A stretch of 42,326 nt of DNA from Clostridiales bacterium (GTDB lineage Bacteria > Bacillota > Clostridia > Lachnospirales > WQUN01): the NCBI GenBank assembly GCA_031271275.1, contig JAISWA010000066.1, positions 1 to 42,326 on the forward strand. Reading direction: 5' to 3'. The position numbers and the translations under genes were made by a program. Below, one piece after another: positions 8,680 to 15,857 of the stretch (position 1 is its first letter; every line of letters begins with the position of its first letter). The notes beneath the pieces were generated by a model. It made no database searches. It saw only the letters and a program-made list of their open reading frames with translations, and was not told where the DNA came from.

Positions 8680-9568
8680 ACTGGAAGCCGGGGTTTCACT
8701 GGTTATCATCACTTTTTTCGCGGGCGTGCAATATCCGTTTTTATCCGGCGTCGTTGCTTCCGTATCGGTTTTCGCGTTCCTGACCGTCACCAACTTCATC
8801 GGTTTCCTGATTATCCTTGCCGCTTTTTGGGGCGAGCTGTTCCGCCTTACCAAAAAGCAGGCGCTTCAAAGCGGTTTGCTCGCGGCGGAGATGCTGATGT
8901 TCAACATATTTTCCCTGCTCGGTTCTTCCGGGATGGACCCGTCGGTCACTTCTTTCGCGCTGACGGGTTATTTGCTTTTTATCCCGCTTCTTTATTTTTT
9001 GCTGCGGAAAAAAGTACATAGGCGCGCCTTGATTGGAACGGGGGCCGTACTCGCGGGGCTGCTGCTTGCGTTGGAAGCCGACCCCGCGCGACTGTGGGAC
9101 GCCCGTATTTTACTGTTGCTGATTGCGGGCTTTTTTTTCGCCCTGTATATGGTGACGGTAGAGAAGCTTTGCGTAAACGCCAACCCGTCCATCCTGTCCA
9201 TGGGGCGTATGTTTTTCGGTTTCGTCTCGGCGCTTGCCTGTTGGACGGCGGAAATACTGATTACCGGCGGCGGGTTCACCGTTCCCGACGCGCCGGGCTT
9301 CTGGAACAGCGTGATTTTTATCAGCGTTTTTATCTGCGGCTTTTACTGCGTGGTGCAGATTTACGCCCAACGCTACTTAAGCGCCATGGATGCAGGGTTG
9401 ATTTTTTCCACCGAAGTTATTTTTACCTTATTGGCGTCGCCGCTGTTGGTCAGGGTCACCGGAGGGACGGCGGAGCCGATCACCGGTTTTAAGCTTGCGG
9501 GCTGCGCCATCATTGTCGCCGGGGTATTAATCGCCGGGGGCGTAAAGAGGGGCGCTCATGAAAAATAA
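8672..9568 (+). CDS. DMT-superfamily (EamA-like) membrane transporter
   Basis: 298 aa with about 10 hydrophobic helices and two half-repeats. The TTG start at 8672 overlaps the upstream stop; the exact start is uncertain. Confidence 0.65.
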   Translation: MNKLEAGVSLVIITFFAGVQYPFLSGVVASVSVFAFLTVTNFIGFLIILAAFWGELFRLTKKQALQSGLLAAEMLMFNIFSLLGSSGMDPSVTSFALTGYLLFIPLLYFLLRKKVHRRALIGTGAVLAGLLLALEADPARLWDARILLLLIAGFFFALYMVTVEKLCVNANPSILSMGRMFFGFVSALACWTAEILITGGGFTVPDAPGFWNSVIFISVFICGFYCVVQIYAQRYLSAMDAGLIFSTEVIFTLLASPLLVRVTGGTAEPITGFKLAGCAIIVAGVLIAGGVKRGAHEK

Positions 9569-10457
9569 GAATACCCGCCTCAAAAACAGGGGGCTTGCGG
9601 CGCTGACCGCCCTCATTTATATCCTTGTTCACTTTGTTTTCGGTTTGGGGGACTTCCCCCTGTTTAAAAGCGATGTGGGCCCGAAGAATTTTTTGCCCCT
9701 CGCGACGGGGTTGCTTCTCGGGGTCTACGGTTCGGCGGGTACGTTCCTCGGGGCTTTGGCTACGGGGATATTTTCCGGCGAAAGCGCGGTCGCGGTATCG
9801 GCTGAAATTATCTTCGCGCTGATCATGTCGGAAGGGGGGCGGCTGCTTTGGTATTCCGGCAAGAAGGCGCGGATAGTCGCGTTAAAGAAAGCCGCCGATT
9901 TCGGGCGGTTTATGGGCCTGTCCTTCCTGCTTTCGGCGGTTTGCGCCGGGTTGGGGCTGCTGTCCGGCGGGGCGGTTGAACCCGCTCGGGTGTTTTTTTC
10001 TTTTGCGGTATGGAACACGCTGCTTGGTATACCCGTCCTGATACTCACGACTTCTATTTTCTGCGTAACCCCGGACTGCCCGAAGCGGCTTCAAATCAAG
10101 CCGGACATAGACGAGCGCCTTCCGCTTACGGTGGAAAGCATCGGTATTTTACACGAAAAAATAGACGGGCTCTGCGCCGAAAAAAAGCTTGACCGCAAGC
10201 GGGCGTTCGGGATGCAGAACTGTATCGAGGAATGTGTTTTGCTCATACTGGGCCAACCCTCCTGTAAAAATTTATGGCTGACAGCCCGCGTAAGCGACAG
10301 CATTTCCATTGTCATGAAGTACGACGGGGAACGCTGCAACCCGTTGGCGCGGCGCAAAATAGGTGACCAACTGGGCCTGATTATTATCAAGAACCGTGCC
10401 CTGCGCGCGTCGCACGGCTATTTCGGCGGCGTAAACAGTTTGCATATTGTGCAATGA
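9558..10457 (+). CDS. membrane protein: N-terminal ~5-TM domain fused to a degenerate RsbW-like (HATPase_c_2-like) domain
   Basis: The N-terminal ~175 aa are hydrophobic (FLPLATGLLLGVYGSAGTFLGALATGIF). The C-terminal ~120 aa align block by block with the 7353 kinase: CIEECVLLIL vs ICEEILVNIV, IVMKYDGERCNPL vs IVFEDSGAPFNPL, RKIGDQLGLIIIKN vs RKIGGLGIMMVRE. Confidence 0.6.
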   Translation: MKNKNTRLKNRGLAALTALIYILVHFVFGLGDFPLFKSDVGPKNFLPLATGLLLGVYGSAGTFLGALATGIFSGESAVAVSAEIIFALIMSEGGRLLWYSGKKARIVALKKAADFGRFMGLSFLLSAVCAGLGLLSGGAVEPARVFFSFAVWNTLLGIPVLILTTSIFCVTPDCPKRLQIKPDIDERLPLTVESIGILHEKIDGLCAEKKLDRKRAFGMQNCIEECVLLILGQPSCKNLWLTARVSDSISIVMKYDGERCNPLARRKIGDQLGLIIIKNRALRASHGYFGGVNSLHIVQ

Positions 10458-10470
10458 AAGGCGTGAAGAT

Positions 10471-13400
10471 ATGAAACCGCATACCCGTCACAGGATAAAA
10501 ATTATAATCCCGCTGATACTGGTAACCGCGCTGCTCGCTGCGGCGGTTGTCAGTATTGCCGGTATGCTCCGTATCGGGAACACGGCGCTGAAGGGAAACG
10601 AAAGCCTCGGGGAAAGTATCGGGAACGATATGGCAAGCGTTTTGACATGGGAAGAAGAAACCAGACAATCGGCGCTGCTCGGCGGAAACGCGGCGGTACT
10701 TGGCGCAAAGCTTGAAAGCGGTACGCCCCTGAGCGACGCTGCCAACGATATTCTTGACCTTACCTACTGGGGCGAGAAAGCCTATGCCTTCGTGGTAGAC
10801 GCCCAAGGCGGCATTGTGGCAGCCCCCGGTCAAGCGCCGGGCGGTTATCAAAATATTTTCAACGACGGCTCCGTTTCTTCCCGCAGCGCGGCGGAATACA
10901 TCCTAAACGCCGAATACGAAGGTTTTATTGTTAAAAGCGGGGACATTTATTATGAGTTCAAGGATTATAATTACATACCGGGGGACGGGGACATTTATTA
11001 TTTCTATTCCCCCGTTCCCGCCACAAGCTTTAAGCTTGTATCCTATGTTCCCGCCGCGCAAATTACTTCCTATGCCGGTTATGCGCGGGAAGCCATCGCC
11101 GCTCAGACGGAAGAAGCGTCAAAACCCGTGGATTCCGTTATGAAAAATTCCGTTATCTTTCTTATCGTGATGTTCGCGGTATTTTTGCTTATCGCGGTCA
11201 TTTTGGCAAACAGCGTCACACACAGGGCGGTTGGCGCGTTTTCCGCCATAAACCGGGACGCGGGAACCCTTAACGGGGAGGCGGACGCAACCGCGGACCA
11301 TAAGCGCAAGCGGTTCTCCATTCAAAAGAAGATACAAATGGTTATCCTCGTCATTTCCATCATAGCCCTGCTGTTGGCAACCGCCGTGGGTATTTCCAGT
11401 ATGCTTAACATACGGCGGGAGGTGCTCGCCGGGAACGAAAGCCTCGGGGAAAAATTCGGAAACGATACGGAAGACCGGTCGATCATAGAGGAAGAAAGCG
11501 CTTACATCAACGAGGTTTATGACAACGCGCTGCTTGCCGACGCGAGTTTTAACAAATTTGTCGATTATGTTTCCATGTTTGCAAAATACGCGGAATCCCT
11601 GTACGCCGCCCCCGGGGATTTTGTCCCGGTGGATGTGCCGCCTCCGGATAAGGCAAATGAAAACATCCTGTCGCTTCAGCGCGTGCTGTTGGATGAAAGT
11701 ATCGCGGCCGGGGACGTAATGGACGAACTGGGGCTGCTCGGTAATTTGCGGTACGTATTCGACCCGTTCATTAGGGAAAACAAGCAGTTAATCGCGACCC
11801 TGTACGCCGGGACGGAAAGCGGCGTGCTTGTGAGTTACGACGACACCGCGCACCTTGCCGACTCGCCGGGTTCCTATGAGGAATACTACGACTTCAAAAC
11901 GGCGGAGTGGTACACGTTGGCGAAAGAATCCGGCGCGCCGGTCTTTACCGACGTATATACGGATGTGTACGGGCGGGGGCTGACCGTAAGCTGCGCGGCT
12001 CCGTTTTACAACAGCGGCGCTTTTGCGGGCGTAGTGTGTATGGACATTTTAATTAAAGACTTGAACAGCAATATTATCGATAATTTTTATTTGGCGGACA
12101 ATTCCCGCGTGTTTTTAGTCAATACCCGGGGCGGAATCATCACTTCGTCCCATACGGACGCAAGCGGTTCCCTCCATGTTTTCAACGACGGGACGGAATC
12201 GGCCAAGACGGCGGTTGAAACTATTTTGAGCAGCGAATACGCCAACTACATATTCAAAAACGGGTACCTTTATCAGGAATATCGGGACTATGACTACAAG
12301 CCGTCCGAAGGGGACATGTATTATTTCTATTCGCCCATGCGCTCTACTTCATGGCGGTTGGTGTATCAGGTCCCCGCGGAGGAAATCACCTCTTACGCCG
12401 CTTATATGCGGGAGGAAATCGCCGCCGAGGCGGAGGAAACCGCCCGGGCGATGAATTCGACGATTTTGTTTTCCATTTTATTTTTCTTTGTCGTGTTCAC
12501 GCTGCTGATTCTTTTTGTCATTCTTTTCGCCAACAGCTTCGCGCGGCGGCTGACCCACCCCCTCATCACCCTGCGCAGGGACGTGGAAGTCATCAGCGGG
12601 GGCAACCTTGACCACCGGGCAAGCGTCGCCGCCAACGACGAAACCGGCGACCTTGCGGCGGCGTTTAACCGCATGGCGGCTTCGCTTAAAACCTACATCG
12701 CCAACTTGACGGAAGTCACTGCGGAGAAGGAGCGCATCGGCGCGGAGCTTAACGTGGCGACGCGGATACAGGCAGGTATGCTGCCCTGCATATTCCCGCC
12801 GTTCCCGGACCGGGGCGAGTTCGATATATTCGCAACCATGCGCCCGGCGAAAGAAGTGGGCGGGGATTTTTACGATTTCTTCCTTGTGGACGACAATACC
12901 CTCGCGGTGGTCATGGCGGACGTATCCGGCAAGGGCGTCCCCGCGGCGCTGTTTATGGTCATCGCCAAAACGCTGATCAAAAATAACGCCCAGTACGGCA
13001 AGCGGCCCGCCGAAGTTTTTACGGCGGTCAACAACATGCTGTGCGAAAATAACGACGAGGGTATGTTTGTTACGGCGTTTATGGGATACTTGGATATCAG
13101 GAGCGGCTTGCTGACCTATGTGAACGCCGGGCATAACCCGCCGCTTGTGAGGAGCGCGGGGGGGTCGTTTGAGTATTTGAGAAGCAAGCCGTCGTTTTTC
13201 CTTGCCGGCATGGAAAACTCCAAGTACCGGGAATACGAGATTACGTTGGCGCGGGGCGACGAAATCTTCCTTTACACCGACGGGGTGACCGAGGCGATGG
13301 ACAAAGATTTCCAACAATTCACCGAGCAGCGCCTTTACGACGCGCTTAACGGGCACGGCGCGGGTCAAATCAGGGAAATGCTGGCGGGGGTGCAGGGGGA

Positions 13401-13473
13401 AATCGACGCTTTCGCGGGTACCGCCGAGCAATCCGACGATATTACCATGTTGGCGCTGTGCAAAAAAATATAG
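10471..13473 (+). CDS. membrane sensor PP2C phosphatase (RsbU/SpoIIE family): two extracytoplasmic Cache-like modules, HAMP, PP2C
   Basis: Four TM segments. HAMP region (RRLTHPLITLRRDVEVISGGNLDHR...DLAAAFNRMA). PP2C motifs EVGGDFYDFF, ADVSGKGVPAALFM, NAGHNPP, LYTDGVTEA, QSDDITML. I prefer the ATG at 10471 over the TTG at 10447. Confidence 0.9.
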   Translation: MKPHTRHRIKIIIPLILVTALLAAAVVSIAGMLRIGNTALKGNESLGESIGNDMASVLTWEEETRQSALLGGNAAVLGAKLESGTPLSDAANDILDLTYWGEKAYAFVVDAQGGIVAAPGQAPGGYQNIFNDGSVSSRSAAEYILNAEYEGFIVKSGDIYYEFKDYNYIPGDGDIYYFYSPVPATSFKLVSYVPAAQITSYAGYAREAIAAQTEEASKPVDSVMKNSVIFLIVMFAVFLLIAVILANSVTHRAVGAFSAINRDAGTLNGEADATADHKRKRFSIQKKIQMVILVISIIALLLATAVGISSMLNIRREVLAGNESLGEKFGNDTEDRSIIEEESAYINEVYDNALLADASFNKFVDYVSMFAKYAESLYAAPGDFVPVDVPPPDKANENILSLQRVLLDESIAAGDVMDELGLLGNLRYVFDPFIRENKQLIATLYAGTESGVLVSYDDTAHLADSPGSYEEYYDFKTAEWYTLAKESGAPVFTDVYTDVYGRGLTVSCAAPFYNSGAFAGVVCMDILIKDLNSNIIDNFYLADNSRVFLVNTRGGIITSSHTDASGSLHVFNDGTESAKTAVETILSSEYANYIFKNGYLYQEYRDYDYKPSEGDMYYFYSPMRSTSWRLVYQVPAEEITSYAAYMREEIAAEAEETARAMNSTILFSILFFFVVFTLLILFVILFANSFARRLTHPLITLRRDVEVISGGNLDHRASVAANDETGDLAAAFNRMAASLKTYIANLTEVTAEKERIGAELNVATRIQAGMLPCIFPPFPDRGEFDIFATMRPAKEVGGDFYDFFLVDDNTLAVVMADVSGKGVPAALFMVIAKTLIKNNAQYGKRPAEVFTAVNNMLCENNDEGMFVTAFMGYLDIRSGLLTYVNAGHNPPLVRSAGGSFEYLRSKPSFFLAGMENSKYREYEITLARGDEIFLYTDGVTEAMDKDFQQFTEQRLYDALNGHGAGQIREMLAGVQGEIDAFAGTAEQSDDITMLALCKKI

Positions 13474-13493
13474 CGGGGCAGGGGGCGGCGCGG

Positions 13494-14192
13494 ATGCCGG
13501 ATAAAAAGACCATCTTACTGGTGGAAGACAACGAGCAGCTTAACCTGATTAACAAGCGCGCCTTTATCCGCGCCGGTTACCGCACGGTTATCGCGACCAA
13601 TATCGTTCAGGCAAAGGCGTATTTGGAAGCGGAGATACCGGACGTTATTATTCTGGACATTATGCTTCCGGACGGAAGCGGCGTGGAATTTTGCCGCGAG
13701 ATACGCAAAAGTATTGCCGCGCCCATTTTATTTCTGACAGCCGTAAGCGGGTACGAGCAGACTTTGGACGGCTTGGAGGCGGGGGGCGACGACTACCTTA
13801 ACAAGCCCTTCGACATGAAGCTGCTGTTGGCGAAAGTGGCGGCGTTCCTGCGCAGGGACAAAATCGCGGACGGAATAAGGCTTCAGGATAATTTAATCAA
13901 GGCGGGACCGATTACCCTCGACGCGGTGGCAATGCGGGCTTCCATTGACGGACGGGGCGTTTCCTTATCGCAGAAAGAATTTTCCCTGCTGCTGCTGCTG
14001 ACCCGAAACGCCGGGACGGTTTTGGCGGACACCTACCTGTACGAAAGCGTATGGAAGCAGCCGATGATCGCCAACGATTTGGCGCTCAGGAGCATGATTT
14101 CCCGCCTGCGGCGAAAGTTGGAGGGCAGCGGGTATGAGATACTTTCCGTAAGGGATAAGGGCTACCGGTTTGACGAGATTCCGCCGGCATAA
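13494..14192 (+). CDS. OmpR/PhoB-family response regulator (receiver plus winged-helix)
   Basis: ILLVEDNE...VIILDIMLPDGSG...LTA...NKPF receiver. C-terminal LSQKEFSLLLLL...LRSMISRLRRKL...GYRF winged helix. ATG at 13494 follows a GGGGG run. Confidence 0.9.
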   Translation: MPDKKTILLVEDNEQLNLINKRAFIRAGYRTVIATNIVQAKAYLEAEIPDVIILDIMLPDGSGVEFCREIRKSIAAPILFLTAVSGYEQTLDGLEAGGDDYLNKPFDMKLLLAKVAAFLRRDKIADGIRLQDNLIKAGPITLDAVAMRASIDGRGVSLSQKEFSLLLLLTRNAGTVLADTYLYESVWKQPMIANDLALRSMISRLRRKLEGSGYEILSVRDKGYRFDEIPPA

Positions 14193-14217
14193 ATTTAGGG
14201 CGGCGCAGCGTAAGCCG

Positions 14218-14282
14218 TGTCATCCTGAGCGAAGCGAAGGAACTTTCAGCCGTAAAGATTCATCGCTTCGCTCAGTGTGACA
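14218..14282. repeat. REP-like palindromic element (TGTCATCCTGAGCGAAGCGA ... TCGCTTCGCTCAGTGTGACA)
   Basis: 20-nt arms at 14218-14237 and 14263-14282, with 18 of 20 positions complementary, between convergent genes. The left arm shares GTCATYCTGAGCGAAGCGAAG with 22287-22311. Confidence 0.75.
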
Positions 14283-14322
14283 TAGAGAACAAGGCGGGAA
14301 TAAAAATTAGACTGTCAGATGG

Positions 14323-14727
14323 TTACAGCGCAATAAACTCAGCCGCCGTCATGATTTGGGGGGTGGTTATGGTGCTTTCAATAAAATCCTTGTCGCCCGT
14401 AAGCAAAATGTCCGCATTCGCGTTTATAGCCGCTCGGAGAATCGGACGGTCTTTTAAATCGCGGATTTCTTTTTCGTCTGGGTAAATACCGGTGGGTACT
14501 GGAACTATCTCCATCAATAATAACGCCTGAGCCATAAACCTTTCAAAATCGCTGATGTGTTCAGGAAATTTTCTATTAGCAATCCGCCAAAATTCTTCAA
14601 TGGTCTGCTCACAAATAATGCATTCATATACAGAATTGGACACGGCTTTGTTGAAAGCCTGTCCAACCGGACTTTTTCTTGAATACGCCGCTGATATGAG
14701 GATGTTGGTGTCGATTAGTATTTTCAT
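14323..14727 (-). CDS. PIN-domain toxin (VapC-like ribonuclease)
   Basis: MKILIDTNILISAA... with acidic residues spaced as in PIN domains (D6, E40s, GDKD near the C-terminus). It overlaps the upstream antitoxin gene by 4 nt. Confidence 0.8.
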   Translation of the reverse strand: MKILIDTNILISAAYSRKSPVGQAFNKAVSNSVYECIICEQTIEEFWRIANRKFPEHISDFERFMAQALLLMEIVPVPTGIYPDEKEIRDLKDRPILRAAINANADILLTGDKDFIESTITTPQIMTAAEFIAL

Positions 14728-14987
14728 CGGCCTTCGACTTCTTCGCGGATTTCACGACACATATTGAGAATGTCATCTTCGCTTTTTATATCTGCTTTTT
14801 CCCATTCTCCTTCCATTGTCTTTGCAAAAGTATCCATTGCATAAATAGCAGGGTTTATTAAAAAGACCCTGCCATTTTCATAAACAAGAGCGATTTTGTC
14901 ACCTGTTTGAATTTTTAGCTTCTGACGGATATCGACAGGTAGGGATATCTGACCTTTGGGCATTACTGTCGTAGTATTGAATGACAT
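14724..14987 (-). CDS. AbrB/MazE/SpoVT-family antitoxin
   Basis: VMPKGQISLPVDIRQKLKIQTGDKIALVYENGRVFL is a typical swapped-hairpin (looped-hinge) DNA-binding motif. RBS AAGGAGGA lies upstream. The gene pairs with the PIN gene. Confidence 0.8.
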   Translation of the reverse strand: MSFNTTTVMPKGQISLPVDIRQKLKIQTGDKIALVYENGRVFLINPAIYAMDTFAKTMEGEWEKADIKSEDDILNMCREIREEVEGR

Positions 14988-15020
14988 TCTTATCCTCCTT
15001 TAATTACTCTTATCTTCGAT

Positions 15021-15049
15021 ATAAAACATTAAATTAGCATTCTTTTCAA
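15021..15049 (-). promoter_or_regulatory. possible promoter of the antitoxin-toxin pair (TTGAAA-N17-TTTTAT on the minus strand)
   Basis: Reverse complement of 15044-15049 is TTGAAA, and of 15021-15026 is TTTTAT. The -10 hexamer is weak, and alternative -10 registers exist. Confidence 0.3.
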
Positions 15050-15088
15050 TCTGCTCGCTTAGGGGAATATGGCGAACGAAGATTATGC

Positions 15089-15583
15089 TTATACTGTTGG
15101 AATATCAAAAATGTTCGCCAATTTATCAAAGGACGGAACGACACGATCAGCATTTTGAAAAACACCGTTATTCGCTGTTATTAAAATTGTTTTCAGTCCT
15201 GCGTTTTTCGCCCCGCTAATGTCTTTTTCATAATCGTTGCCTATCATTACTGTTTCGTATGTGGAAAAACCGTACTTATCAAGAATGCCCTGAAAGAAAG
15301 AGGCGTTTGGTTTTACTACGCCAAGTTCCTTTGACGTAATAAAACCATGGAAGTATTTATCAAGCTCTATTCTTTCAAATGCCCGTTTCATAAGCTCTGC
15401 GTTGGAATCTCCCGCATTGGATGCAACAATGCATGTAAAATTCCGGTGTAATATCGGCATTGTCTCCATTACGCCGGGCATGGGTGATAGTTCATCCCAG
15501 AACGCCATCGAACCTTTGTACTGTGGATAATCTACCATCAATGTATCACCCCAATCAAATAGCAAACACTTAATCTTATTCAT
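15089..15583 (-). CDS. HAD-superfamily hydrolase (subfamily IA-like)
   Basis: Start at MNKIKCLLFDWGDTL (motif I), then VASNA, KPN and GNDYEKDI motifs. The 215-aa ORF extension to 15736 is hydrophobic junk running into the repeat module. Confidence 0.75.
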   Translation of the reverse strand: MNKIKCLLFDWGDTLMVDYPQYKGSMAFWDELSPMPGVMETMPILHRNFTCIVASNAGDSNAELMKRAFERIELDKYFHGFITSKELGVVKPNASFFQGILDKYGFSTYETVMIGNDYEKDISGAKNAGLKTILITANNGVFQNADRVVPSFDKLANIFDIPTV

Positions 15584-15740
15584 CAGAATACCTCGCAGTA
15601 TATAAATACCCTTCGTTCGCCTTCTCTTTCTAATCTGAACCAAGGACATTAACACTAGACCACAAAAAACCGATGTTTCTGCGAAAAAGCTGAAATTTCC
15701 CCCGTCAGCAAAAGCCCAAAAAAATTCCCTTGACAATATC

Positions 15741-15827
15741 CCCTGCGCGGGAAAGGTGGCAAAAATATCACCTTTCCCTTTTTTTATTGAAAGTCGCTCG
15801 CCATATGTAATATAAAAACATTAAGGC
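15741..15827 (+). repeat. copy 2 of the palindrome-plus-promoter module
   Basis: GGGAAAGGTG (15749-15758), 10-nt spacer, CACCTTTCCC (15769-15778), T7 run, TTGAAA (15787-15792), 18-nt spacer, TATAAA (15811-15816). See copy 1. Confidence 0.8.
15787..15816 (+). promoter_or_regulatory. sigma-A-type promoter candidate for the MATE-cupin operon
   Basis: Same hexamers and 18-nt spacing as at 4709-4738. The RBS GGAGGA (15846-15851) and TTG at 15858 lie downstream. Confidence 0.45.
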
Positions 15828-15857
15828 AGCTGCAGCCTTTTGGGGGAGGAAAAACGC

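Noticed and set aside
12478-13431. 317-aa minus-strand ORF antisense to the PP2C domain. Similar antisense or alternate-frame ORFs occur at 5994..6752, 17659..18519, 33490..34155, 38133..38825, 34780..35373 and 40678..41313.
   Set aside because: The reasoning is the same: biased R/G/P/H composition, no motifs and no RBS. Each overlaps a gene with strong family signatures.
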